DNA of 62,123 nucleotides, filler included, from Choristocarpus tenellus KU-1152 (GCA_964200185.2; 10 parts of 10 records of this genome joined end to end with filler, not necessarily neighbours in it), one strand, 5' to 3'; shown: positions 41,001 to 53,494, counted from the whole stretch's first letter. Numbers and translations are program-made. The notes: generated by a model not told the origin, from the letters alone.

Positions 41001-43693
41001 GGGTATTGTTTGAGTGAAAGTATCTTAGAGGGTACGAGTTTTGCCCTGTTTGTCCGTTTAGGGCTTGACTTCCCACGGGTTTCTTAAATACATTTTCCTA
41101 CTCCGAAATGTTTCGGAATAGGTAAAATGTATACGTTATGAAAAGATGTATCCGGAGCAAGGATATTGACACTTCCTAACAAACACAATAGCCAGAACTA
41201 CATCAAAATCGCAACATTGGATTTCGACCCCCATTTGGACACGGTCGTACCCTCTAAGATACTTTGACTCTTGAGTAGAAGGGACCTCTGTGACTGCCTT
41301 CGATACATGTGCCCCTGGCACTATGGAAAAGCGATTTTGTGCTAGTGTGGATTGACTCTCGTCTCCTCTTCTATGGCCGCAGCCTCCTCATGGGGGTTGT
41401 CCGTATTTCGGGCATGGGAATGGGTTATCAGGCAAGGGAAAATAATATGAGCTTCTTGTACTAAAAATAAGCTAAATCGACCCCCATCTAGGATATTATG
41501 ACACCTCTCCTTGAGAGTCAAGATAGATCAAAACCATTGGAAGTTTGTAGGTGTCTGCAATGGATTAGGAGAGCACTAATCACAAGTATCCCCCCCTGGT
41601 GCCCTGAAACCTTGCATTATATATTTAAGGTTTGGACCCCTGCCACCAGCAGTCAACCCTGAAACAGATGCCTCATCAAATCGATCACTGGTATCAACCA
41701 ACTCCCAACAAGGTGAGCAACAACAGGCAATGAGAAGTGGGACCTGATCACACTCTACTGAACCCAAATTGCCCAACTCTTTCCATCAGGAATTCCTTAC
41801 TGGTTCACAAGGAAGCGGTGTTGTTATTAAATTAAATACTTGAGTATCTCATTGAAGTATCTCAATATGTTGCTGGCAGCCTCAAAACCTGGTGACTGCC
41901 TTACAACTGTGTGTGGAGCACCCAAAAAGAGATCACGTTTTGCCTTCCTTTCTCCTCCCATTCTCCAATGTTTGTACCTGTGGGCTTGTTGTGTTGAAAG
42001 TCGGAGAGGACGAGGTACTCTTGCCGCACGCCTTTGAACGTCTGTGGATCAATCTAGAGCAGAATGGAGGTTTCCAGACCCGTATTACCTCTCCAGTGTC
42101 ACAGACCAAGGTGGTGAGACACCTCAATGACAGGGGATTTCAGGCAAGTTGTCTCCTGAAGAAAAAAATGTTGTGTGCTAAGGTTTAGAGCTATTTGGAA
42201 GTGCTATTGCATTGATTCAAAGCAATCAATTGGAGTAGCTGCTGCTGCTTCCAATTTCTAGAGTGCATCAAGGCTCAAAGTATCTGAAGGAGGGGGGGTC
42301 TGTCCATTTGGGGCAATTTTTTTCAAGTCGCGATTTTCGTGTGATTTGGTTGCTTACGTCGGACGGATGATGTAAGTGCACTTTTCCTGATTTTGATCCT
42401 AATGGACACCCTGGTGTAGACCCCCCCCCCACCACCACCAGATACTCTGGGTCTTGAGTCAGCGTAAACAAGAGGTACCCAGAGTTTGTTTTTAGTATAC
42501 TGCCAAGTATGTACAAAATTCTGTTTTTGATACAAATGCATATAGGACTTTTTTCCGAATTATATCGAAATTTTCAGACAACAGAAAAATCAACCCTCTC
42601 ATGTCAAACTTAGCACTACATCCATAGAAATATGGGCGGATTGCAAACGTTTGAAAAACCTGCTTATATTGCAAAACGGCCAAAAGCTGGGTACCTCTCA
42701 TTTACTTCGAATCATTGGCCCATAAAGGTGTGATATCCCCCATCCTCATGCCATGCTAAACCAATGAGGTAAAAAGCTCTGTAATATTTTCACGGGATGC
42801 TGAGGTAGTGGGTAAGAGAATCTGGCATCATCAACTGTGAGATCTCAGCTATGGGATGGAGCCCTTACCTTTGGATATTATTAACCGTAATGCTTCTTTG
42901 ATTACCGGTCAAACAGAAATTAACTGAAGGTGAAAATCTTGTCTAAAGAGGCAGATCGTCGTCCTTAACACACTTAATCCCTTTTGTTAGGTGAATATCT
43001 AGTCTGGAGCCCATACACATGTACGTGCAATCATTTTGGATACTTCTATACATACCTGTTTTTCTACATCATCTGAATGGACGTGTGAAATGTATGGGCA
43101 ATTTCCTTTATCTGAGCACACGTTCCTTTTTTATCCCCCTGCCTGAACCAAAACTGAAAGAAAACCACCCGCAAAATGGGTGTCGAGGTGGGGTATCTTA
43201 CCACACTTCATCAAGCCCCGAATGGACAACATGCCCTAAACACACACACCCCTAAGATACTATGGGTTTGGCTGCACTGGGGGTTTCAATGTTGAACAAG
43301 TCAAACTGCTTTGAAGAAAAGTTTCAGTACACTCCATACACAGTTTAATAACTGTTGCAGATAACAATTGACTCCAGCAGTCTCCTCTCCTCATTTCTAT
43401 GCATAGGTCCACTGAGACACTACCAACTTCACTTATCATATTGTTTCATTTTTTTCGCTTTTTGCGGTGAACTTCAGGTGGTAGCCGCTGGTACTATTGG
43501 CACACTGATGAGAGTACTGTTCTGCGCCAAGGAGGCCACCGTCAATGGCACAGGGGAATGGTTCCTTGCAGAATTTCTGGTAGACGAGGCAGCATTGACA
43601 TTGGGTGCCACATTCAAGAGCAAAAAGCCTGCACTTGTGCCCATCTTTGTCCAGAGCTTCATGCTGCATCAATTGTACACCATAGCATCATGA
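38068..43693 (+). CDS. Predicted 416-aa protein: N-terminal 4-TM domain, charged linker and C-terminal beta-adaptin appendage (platform) subdomain
   Basis: Exons 38068-38281, 38502-38680, 38851-38941, 39324-39495, 39706-39818, 40479-40518, 41630-41712, 42001-42143 and 43478-43693 total 1251 nt, and all eight junctions are phase compatible; the last intron is GC-AG. The C-terminus LLPHAFERLW...LNDRGFQVVAAG...FLAEF...LGATFKS fits the B2-adapt-app_C pattern (judged by eye). Confidence 0.72.
41012..41270 (+). mobile_element. MITE family A, near-consensus copy (intronic)
   Basis: GAGTGAAAGTATCTTAGAGGGTACGA / TCGTACCCTCTAAGATACTTTGACTC, plus the central hairpin. Confidence 0.95.
42272..42453 (+). 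mobile_element. MITE family B copy (intronic)
   Basis: GGCTCAAAGTATCTG...CAGATACTCTGGGTC. Confidence 0.9.
42456..42713 (-). mobile_element. MITE family D copy, 2 nt downstream of the family B copy
   Basis: Inverted ends GTAAACAAGAGGTACCCAG / CTGGGTACCTCTCATTTAC. Confidence 0.8.
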
Positions 43694-46324
43694 ACAAGCG
43701 TGAGTGCATGCTCTGACACGACCAACTCTGCCTTTTTCCCTGCTGCACTCTATTTGTGGACTTGGCGCCATTGTATCCTTTACTGTAGTGCCTAACTAGC
43801 AACATACATAAGTTGGTGCAGCTTGTTGAATTGATTAGGAGGAACAACTACCTTCCTAAGAATGATACACCTGCAAGTACTGCTGTATGATATGATGGTT
43901 TTCATATTATGTACCAGGCATAAGGTATTCCAATTGGACGGACAAGCTTAAGGGATACAAAAGAGTGCTCCCACACCTCCTCATTCTTTGTGTCACCTTG
44001 CAACTCCTAACCCTCATTGTCATTCTAGTTCATGATGCTGCTCCTCATCAGCATTGTCAACGCTTCTATTACCTACGATTCCCCCTTGTCTCTCTCCTCA
44101 ACACCACCCCTTGCCATCCCATTCTTGACTTTCTGAAACTCCCTTCAATGCTCCTTAGGTGACCAATTTCTTCTCAATAGATATACAATATCTTTCAGCT
44201 ATTTTAGCTTGACACAATTTTCACTCCATAGTTGGAAGTATCATTACCTCACACACAGCTAAAAAATAGGAGGAGTGGTGATATACTCAACCGGTTTTAG
44301 ACCTTGCCAAATGGGGTGGGAATGATCAGCAATACTTGACAGACACCTCAGTTGTACTCTGTTCATTTGGAGATCCCGACTGTAAGCTCAAGGGATGTTT
44401 GACTCACCTCTCATCGTTGAAGGATGGTTGCATCTCGGTTCCAGAACAGAAACGTGCCAATTAATACTGCAAAAAATTAGTATTCCAACACCGCTGTGCA
44501 CACCCATGCATTGCAATACCATTTCTATTGATACTCGTATCTCACCCATACAGAGAACAGAAATGGAAGAGTAGACATCTTCTTAAGAGTAGACCTGTAG
44601 TGAAATGTGGTCGAGAGCGCTAAGGCTAACGTAGAGATAGTGCCTTTCCCAAATATATTATTCTTGCTTGCACAAGTTGCAACAACCTAGGAGGCGTGTA
44701 TGCGACCATTCTAGATGGGGTAAATCACATCTTCTGTCTTATTTTCTGAATGAGTTGCTTAACATAGGGGTTAACATGGTTCATTAGCGAGATATCAAAG
44801 GCTCTTTAGGTTTAGGACTGGAGGATTTTTTCAGTTGTAGCTGTTCAGGACATGTTGATATCACATCTCTGTCTCCAATATTCTGAACAGTATCCTACAC
44901 AACTCAGCATTTGTTGGGCCCTGCTTATCAAGTCCGGGGGCGGGGGGAGGAAGGGGGNNNNNNNNNNTATGTGAAATAGTAGCGTAAAAATGTAGGAGGG
45001 GGGGGGGCCGGGCTTAAAAGGGCGGGGGGGGGGGGGGGGAGGGGGGGGGGGGGGTGCAGACCATTTGCCAAAAAAAGGCTAGTCTGTCTAGCATTGTGCA
45101 GCGTTAGTAAGGCTTGTGCAGTCTAGCCTATTTCAAACTATTGTTGTTCTTAGTAGGACATACTTGCCACTAGAGGACCATTGTGACACCATTCAAAACA
45201 GCAAAGGACCCTGGATGAAGGCCACCCGGCAGTTGTGAGTCTGCCAAAGTTGAACTACTCTGTAGTATTACCATACATACACATCTTAAATATGCACCTC
45301 CTCCCATGCCTGTGGGTAGCAGTACAATGCGGTTTACCCTTAATTCAATAAAAAAACACCATGAGTCACATCAAGGTGCGTATTTTACCTTGCATGTACA
45401 TGCTCCTATCAAATACACCCAATCAGAGAGAAGTGCGAGGGTCCAAGGACCTTGACTGCTCTTGCTCGAAGCATATCAGAATATCTGTTTGGCTGCTTTG
45501 CCTTGACTGTGATACAGTAATGGGAGACTACCTAGGCTCTACTCAATATCAAATTTGACTGCCTGTTTTGACTCTTCAATCTACCTAATAACTACCACTA
45601 CCTCAACCTCTTCATGAAAAGTTACCTTTGAGTTTCTAAGGCCCTTGATCCAACTCGATACTAACAACAACCCCAGCCACATCATTCAAAAAGTTGCAGT
45701 TTCAACAACATTACTTTTTTCTTTCAAAATTTCAATTACAAGAATACACTTCCCTCCCCTAACCCTTGAATATGCAACTATGTGTCATCTAATTACAACC
45801 CATACAACCAGCTCGATAACAAGAACAGGACATGTGTGCAGAAACCAGGGGCTCTGCACCAAGCCCAATGAAGGGGGGTTCCTCAGGTAAACTTGCCAGT
45901 GTTTAATTGAACCACCCATAAAGTCCAACAGTTACCCCTGAGCCCACCTCAATCATTTGAACAGACTAAAAACTCACAAAATGGAATACACGGTTATCTA
46001 CAGCAAAGGTCAAAGCCCCTTCATGACCTCAACAAGACCAGGCAGTCAGTGGAAGCTGAGGTAAAAAACCCGTCACAGGCAATCCATCTCCCACCGCACA
46101 ACCCAACACATGAACTGCATGTCGATAAAAAAAGGTCTTCCAACAAAGTACAAACACCACACCAAGTATACTGGTCAGGGGGACCAGTCAAGTCCTGTTG
46201 AAATGAACATTTCCAGGCAATGCGATAGGTGCACCTTTCACCAATTCCCCCTCAAGCCACAAAGCTCACAAGCCTTGGTTCAAAAAAACAAAACTATAAC
46301 AAGGTACAAGGGGAACCCTTCCTC

Positions 46325-46585
46325 TCACTGCCAGACCCGAACCCAATCAACCACCAGGGCAGACGCCTCCCCAGCCTCCTCCCAAGAAGGTAGCCACCTA
46401 TCCCGTTTATCCCAAAATATCTGACGCTTGGAACGGGGGTCAGCACCCCCATCCCCATTCTCACTCTCTGACCACGGAGACCCTGACCAGTAGCCAAAGT
46501 TTCCTCCCACGTCACCCCCGACGGCAACATTCATCACCAGGTAGAATTTTTTATCGAAAGGTGCGCCACGTGATGTGCCCGGGAT
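46325..46585 (-). CDS. Glycoside hydrolase family 16 (beta-1,3-glucanase/laminarinase-like), C-terminal fragment
   Basis: APFDKKFYLVMNVAVGG, FWDKRDRWLPSW and LVVDWVRVWQ* are the typical C-terminal motifs of this GH16 subgroup. The catalytic ExDxxE is outside the contig. Confidence 0.9.
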   Translation of the reverse strand: MPGTSRGAPFDKKFYLVMNVAVGGDVGGNFGYWSGSPWSESENGDGGADPRSKRQIFWDKRDRWLPSWEEAGEASALVVDWVRVWQ

Positions 46586-46956
46586 NNNNNNNNNNNNNNN
46601 NNNNNNNNNNNNNNNNNNNNNNNNNNNNNTTAATTAATTAANNNNNNNNNNNNNNNNNNNNNNNNNNNNNNNNNNNNNNNNNNNNCCCTCTCCCCCCCCT
46701 GCCCACGACAACTCCCACCCAAAAATAAAAATAAAAAAATGAACACACTGGTGACACAGGAAGAGCGTTTTGCTCGCCGCGTGAAAGACGATCGCTTCGT
46801 GCGCTAGGTGTCGGATAAAATAAAGAAAGACACACCATAAAAAAAAAAATCTCCTTTTTAAGACGAACTCTTGCAATTCAATCTTTCTCTCGGTACCATT
46901 CCAAGTTTTCCACATAAAAGGCGTCAAGAGTTAGCAGCTAAAAAAGCACCGCCATC

Positions 46957-46995
<39 letters not shown>

Positions 46996-47696
46996 CCCCC
47001 CCCCCACCCCCCCCCACCCAAAGCCCCTCCCTTTTCTTTTGTTTTTTTTTTCATTGGGGGGCTGAACGGCNNNNNNNNNNTTTACACCACAAAGGCGTAA
47101 AGACGTAGCCACAAAAAAAGCCCCCCCACCCCCCCCCCCCCCCCCTCCCCCCCCCTTCCACATCGCAACCATGGCTCACTCCAGTGAAAAAAGTTCCAAT
47201 TTTTTTTGCTTAAATTTTATTCCGCTGTTGGTGTCAAACCACTACATTAATGACACCACCACCCGAGCTATGCTTATATCTTAAAAGCCCTCGATGATTC
47301 TAAGTGATGCACAAGCACAGCACTTAGATCGTGTTTGGAAATCCCTAACCCTAACCGAAACAATGCCGCTCCAATTCACTCACTACAGGTAGAAAAAAAA
47401 ACAACAGGCGTTACCATCTCGCATGAGGTGTAAGGAAGGCGTGCCACAGTTCTAGACTACTACTATCGGCTGGGGGCAAGGGCCTTCAAAATGCCTGACC
47501 AGGTGTGAGGATGCAAGATCGCATTCAGGTCAGGAGTGAACCCAACGGCATCGGAGGGGTTGTCAAGGGCGGGATTGCATTGACTCGACAATGGACTGGA
47601 CATGGGCATGACCCTCTCGCCACTAGGGATGGGCAATAGTGCTTTCAAAAAGTGGAGCTTGGGGGTGGTTGAGGGAGAACCCTGTGCTTGAACTGC

Positions 47697-47701
<5 letters not shown>

Positions 47702-47732
<31 letters not shown>
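47702..47732. repeat. (GA)n microsatellite
   Basis: Seen directly. Confidence 0.95.
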
Positions 47733-47734
<2 letters not shown>

Positions 47735-49899
47735 TGGCCCAGGAAGGGTAACAACATCACCGCATACAAGATCAGGAGGTGTGTTGTGGAGATATATTTC
47801 AAACTGTTCCGGGAAGGTTGTCGAACCTTTCCTCTCTGACCAGCGCAAGAATGAAAGGGTGGTCTTGATCATCAGCAGCACCAGCACCAGCACCAGCATC
47901 AGCATCAGCAGCAGCATTCACAACATGCGCTAGAGTATGTCCTTCACCCCGTGTTTGTTTGTTTGACAAGTGATGTCCAAGTCCATCTGGAAGAGGAGCG
48001 AATCGACCCCATCTTTTTACTGCGGTTGGGGTTCATCTCATCCATGGGGAAGTACCACCAAAGCCTCCTTCCATTGCAACCAAGTCCCTCCCGCCAGAAA
48101 AAAGGAACGTTCTTGGACAGAGAATGCGCTGCCCCCGTGCCTTGCCGGAGGATGAGACTTGATGGGATCGGATGGTTTGACTTTTAGCCGCTGGCAGAGC
48201 GCAGAGCGCAGCTAGATGGCCATCCTGTGTAAGCCTGTCTGACTGAGGCTATCAATGTGGCTGGTGAGGTCAGCGAGAAAACCCTGCAAGCCGTTGCATC
48301 TGACTTAAGCCTGTTAAGGCAGTACATTGTTTTCCTTCAGGGTGAATGTGCAAGGCCACACAGAGCATCTACTGATTAGGCAGTGGGTGCTTGGGTCTCT
48401 AGAAGAGGCTACTCAATATGTGTGCCCAGGCAACCTGCCCAGACATTGGATTTCAACACTCTGGACCCCAGACTCTTCTGCTCGTTGCAGATCTGGTCAA
48501 GTCGGGTTTGCTCAAATAATATCAGTAATCTTGGAAAAATTCGGTGAAGACATACCAAGAGGATGTGCTGAAGACTATGAGCTGGACTGGCAGAGCCCCT
48601 TCCACTCCTTAAGCCTGTGCTCTACCCCTTGGAAGACAACAACTTCAATGGAATGCACAAAAAGCAAGATGATGGGTTTAGAGTAGTGAGTGTCGATGGG
48701 GCCTTGGTGGCCAAGGGAAAAGCTTTCCTGAAGGGTGTGGGGAAGGAGGCAGTTCTCGGGTTCTATTGGTTTGTTTTGGATCAAAATATAAACAGAGTGT
48801 GGCGACAGTATCTACAAATTCAACCAACTTCCAATGCCCTCCTTGGTCCAGGGTATACCATACCACCCTGCAAATTTCATTGTCACTAAATCTATTGGAC
48901 CAGAGCGAGTATTTTTTTTTCCATGATGTGCTCTGAGCTTAAACAAAAAGAAGAAGAAACCGTGCATGGGATGGTTAGTGTCTTAGCCTAAGACCTTAGT
49001 CAGCTACAGCTACTCTCAAGTAAAGGCAGGGGGTCAAGGTTCAGTAGTAGGGTGGGGTTGATTGGATAGTAACTGCAACTGGTTTAGCCTCGGTTTGGGG
49101 AGGGGGAGGGGTGTTGTTGAAGTAAAGGGGCAATTGCAGGGAAATATTATCAACAGGGCGTCGATTGTTTTGTTTTGAGATATGCTAGAGAAGTCAATCC
49201 CCCACCCAATTGCAAATATTTTCATAACACGACCAGTGTATGGTTCTTACCAGACAAGATCTAACCAGCACAACACTATTTTATTTCAGCCGGAGTGCAT
49301 GCCTTGAAGTAGCAGTGATTCTAAAACATACAAGTGCACAGTAATGATTCCAGAACGTTCTTGTAATGAATGTTCTATCTCTTTCACAATCCTCTTCCCC
49401 CTTCCCTGATAACTTCTAATCTCGAGGGCAAAATTGAAATTGAAACCTCCATAAGATTCTCCACACCAATTTCAGCCCATAGGACAAGATCATATGGCCT
49501 TACCCCCTCTCTCCCTCACGGACGACCATTTCGGGTCGTTTACACTGCCAAGCTCTCCTTCGTGCAGACCCTGCATGTTCTGGGAGATCTTGGCGCCCTG
49601 TATGCTCTGGGTGATCTGAGGCCCTTGCAGTGAACCCTCCAAGTCGGGAGAGAGGCGAAGGTCCGTTTGTCCCATTCTCGTCCCGCTCGGTTCCTCCACT
49701 AAGCTTGTTTGACACTCACGGTGATCTGTTTACCGGGGGTGGAACGGTTGATCTGAGAGGAGTTGACCAGCCATTAGAAAAAATCCCAGAATATCAATCA
49801 CTTGCTCGTGCCTGAAGCAGCAGCTAGACGCTTGTGTCGTGTGATCCAAGCAAACGAATTGAAAGAAATGATGCCAAGTCTCTAGAGGTGGGACAAAGC

Positions 49900-50753
49900 G
49901 GAAAAACGATGAGTAGGTACTAGGCTGGGGACACGTATGATCAACCCTAATGCTCGTCTTCCATTTCTGGTCGCTGGAGGAACTGCTAATCGGCGAGGAT
50001 GTACATGATTTGTTGAGAGTTGCAATCGATCGTGTTGTGATTGGAATTTTATCCTCATTCCATTTTCCTATCGATAACCTGTTCCCTAATCCCCATCCTT
50101 CCGTATCTCCTTGGAAGTGAACACTGCTAATCACCTGTCACATCTATCAAAACATGAGATATTTGTAGGGTACAGTCCTTCACTGGATGTCAAAATGGGA
50201 TGGCATTAACTACGTGGGCAGATACACTGGAAGTGTACCTTCAACATGACTTGGACAAGGTGAGGGAATACCGAATGATCAGCAACGTCAGGTAAGGCGA
50301 CCCCAAGCGGAGATAGAGCATCAACTAACAAAGTACAGATGATCCCTTGGTGAGCACCCACGGGAGTCGCCACAACAACAGTTCCATTGATTCTGGACTG
50401 CCAGCGATCTGCACAAGATACATATCAACCCATCGAAGTTGCTGAACGAACATATAATAGTAAAACAACTCGCGATCTTTAAAGGGAGGTCTCAAACCCG
50501 ATGGCATCTTCATGGCATACGCCCTATGACGATAGCCCAGAAGGATCTGTCCAAAATGTAAACTCTATTTGGTACTCTAAACAATCTTACCTTGCGTTTC
50601 CAATCGGTCCCCGTCGTCTTGGCCTCCATCACGCAGGCGAGTGTACTGCCCCCGTCGAAGCATCTTGTCTACCCTGCACCCTTGCCCCTCTGACGACACT
50701 TCGGACAAACCTACCGTCCACTGTATCCTCGATCTGCCATCAACTTCGTGCAA
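49900..50753 (-). pseudogene. Disrupted short-intron gene with a PD-(D/E)xK nuclease-like motif
   Basis: Exon 50753-50591 reads ...GCRVDKMLRRG/STLACVMEAKTTG only if one base is removed from the 5-G run (50649-50653). A 44-nt GT-AG intron (50590-50547) joins it in frame to ILLGYRHRAYAMKMP...; later exons need a further shift. Confidence 0.35.
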
Positions 50754-51485
50754 CTAAATAGATTTTTCGAAGGATAGAATATAGATATTTTGATCGGAAA
50801 GTTCATGTTTTACTTAGAAGTACGCCACAAGTTCAAGTAGCTAGCCCAGAGCTGGTGTTGAGAATACACAAAACATAAACATAATTCGAGACTGCCATTT
50901 TCAGCGTTTCAAGGTCGAGGTAGTTCCCAGGATGAGGGGTAGAATTGCCTTTCCATGAAAGTAGGTAGGTGATAGATGCCAATTCTCTCGAGCAGCTTTG
51001 AGTAGTCCGCATAGATACTTTGAAGGTCCAGGACTTGAGTGATCAAGTGTCGTGTGTACGTTGTTCAGAATCTTTGTCGGAAAAAAAATGTAACAAGGGT
51101 TGAGAGAGATAGAGATAGTGACAAGTCCCACGGGACCTTCCACCTTTTATGGTGTTAGTGCCACCAGTTTATTCTCTCTGTAGTGTAGATAGTGGGGTCG
51201 ATGTACTGCCTTGTGGCTACTTCCTTGCGTCAGATCAAAAAGGCCTTTGTTTCCAAGTCATGCTTGATCTCCCATTGATAACAAAACCATCCTGGTCCTG
51301 AAAAATACTCCTTGAACAGATCTTCAATACCATCCAACTATGATAACTCCTCGCTTTGTTTGATCTCACACTGCGCTCAGGAGTAGGCGGTAAGTCCCTG
51401 TAACACGGAACGACAAAACTCTTTTATAGGTGCAAGAAACCCACCAACCCCCCCCCTCCAGTGAGGGTGGTGGGTAGAGACGGAA

Positions 51486-52783
51486 ATGGATCACATCCAA
51501 CCTCCGGCGGCCAAGAGACCGCGGGTTGGGGAAAGTGATTCATCTCCCGTTGTCTGCAAAGAGTACGGTGGGTGTATGTCGGAGGTGCATGGACTTCAGG
51601 GAGTGGGGTTACCCTCACTCGCCGATCATTTCGACAGAGGAGGAGACCCCATAGAGGGGTTGAGCGACCAGGTGGAGGAGGGAAGAAGAGTGGAAGAGGT
51701 GGGAATGGCGGGAGTCGAGGGCCGCAGATCTGATGAGGAATCGAGTGTCATTGGGGATGGGGCACAGCAACCAAGGATGCTTTGGTCGGGTCGAGATATT
51801 CAATACGTCAGTCTGGAAGGCATGCACAGTCCAAGTCATGAACCAGAGTTACAACGAATCAAGTTTGGCCAAGATATGGAATGCGTGACAATACAGTCGT
51901 CGGGTTCGGATGTGGGAGATCAGGAAAAGTCAATTCATTGTTCACGGATTGACAACACTGTAGAGTGTAACAGGGGTGCAACGGATGCTGGAGCGGCCGG
52001 TTCGATCCCCTCGGGTTTCGTACCTACTGCGACCCTCACCCATCTCCATGAAGGCGTTGCTGGAAGAGGGCCAAGGGGTCTGGATTATTTGGATGGTTCT
52101 TCCAAATATGGAACTAGTGACCATCAAGGACGTACCATTATTGGCAGGGATCTAGATCCTAATTCTGAGTCCTGGTCGCCTATGCGCTCTTCTGATAAGC
52201 CAAACCTACTGGAAACAGGGCCAGAGTGTCCACGAAAACGTCCAGGGTCCTGTGTCGGCCCCTGGTCGTCGACCCTGTCTCCTAATATATCAGAATTGCC
52301 GGTGCCCTCACAAGGGACAGGAGAGGGACCAGGACTGGGAACGGAACTGGGGACAATACAACACAGTGGATCCCACTCGCACTTTCCCTCCTCCCCTGCC
52401 ACCATAGATCCAGCACTTACCCCAGCAAATACTGGTGAGATACCAATGGCCACAAATAATCAAACGAGGGTGGCCTGGATCCAGGAGCTAGGTGAGGGAA
52501 GAGAAGCCCCACCCTCCATATTAGGATCTACGCCCACCTCCTTCACCAGCTCAACCAGAACCAACAACCCACAGGCAGTCCCAAGTTCGTTGGGTATAGG
52601 GGCTGAGGCAACCGGTACCACTAGGGGTATGGGTGATGGAAAGGATACCACCAGAAGGACAGTAGCTGGCGAGTGGAATTTAGCAAGCAAAGATGGGGAA
52701 CTTGTGGTAATTGAAGAATCTTTGCCTGCCGATGGTCCAGCCAGGGTGGTTAGGAACGGTCCGAGAACACCAGAGGCCGGGGG
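51486..52783 (+). CDS. Long low-complexity ORF (>430 codons), N-terminus of an unknown, probably nuclear protein; truncated by contig end
   Basis: ATG after an in-frame stop, then no stop for 1298 nt. Ser/Gly/Pro/Glu-rich, with NLS-like PAAKRPRV and PRKRP. Confidence 0.6.
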
Positions 52784-52883
52784 NNNNNNNNNNNNNNNNN
52801 NNNNNNNNNNNNNNNNNNNNNNNNNNNTTAATTAATTAANNNNNNNNNNNNNNNNNNNNNNNNNNNNNNNNNNNNNNNNNNNN

Positions 52884-52925
52884 CCGATTGTAGCCCCCCC
52901 CCCCCCCTCCCAGATACTTTGGGTC
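52884..52925 (+). mobile_element. MITE family B right end
   Basis: C-run followed by CCAGATACTTTGGGTC. Confidence 0.75.
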
Positions 52926-53494
52926 TTTAGATGAGGTCATTGTTCAGTACTTGGGGTCGCTGAGACTGTCCTCTGGTAGACATTCTTCTGGCACCCTGGA
53001 AGGCGGTTGCGAGTGTACATTGAACACTGTCCATCTCTTCTTTGTTCGGTACAAGCCTTCAGTACTTTCAGACATGGGAATGGAGTTTCCGGTGGAAGAT
53101 TTGCAAAGTCCAAAGTGCAAAAAAAAAAGGAAAAAAATAGAACTTCCTCCTAAAGTGGGGTGGCTCGGATTGGAGTTAGGGTTAGGGTGGATTTAGATCA
53201 ATTGGTCCGATCAGCTACTGGGCTGTGAGGGATAGACTTAGGGTTAGGGAAAGAGTTAGTGCTAGGTATGTCTTGGAGTGAGGATAGATGAACTGATACC
53301 TGTTACAGAGAAATGATCCGAAACAGACTTTTTTAGTTGATGAGGTAGGATAGGACTGTGGGGAGAAGGTGATAATAGGACTGGGACACTTCTTACTGAA
53401 TTGTTACAATTTATAAAATTGCTCGGAGAATAATATTCGAAAGATACATAAGCGTGTGTGCGTGTGATGGCAAGGAATATTTCCGATAGCTTTT

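Noticed and set aside
43007-43268. Another MITE of the shared-TIR group
   Set aside because: Only the right end (CCCCGAATGGAC...CCCTAAGATACTATGGG) is recognisable; no convincing left TIR.
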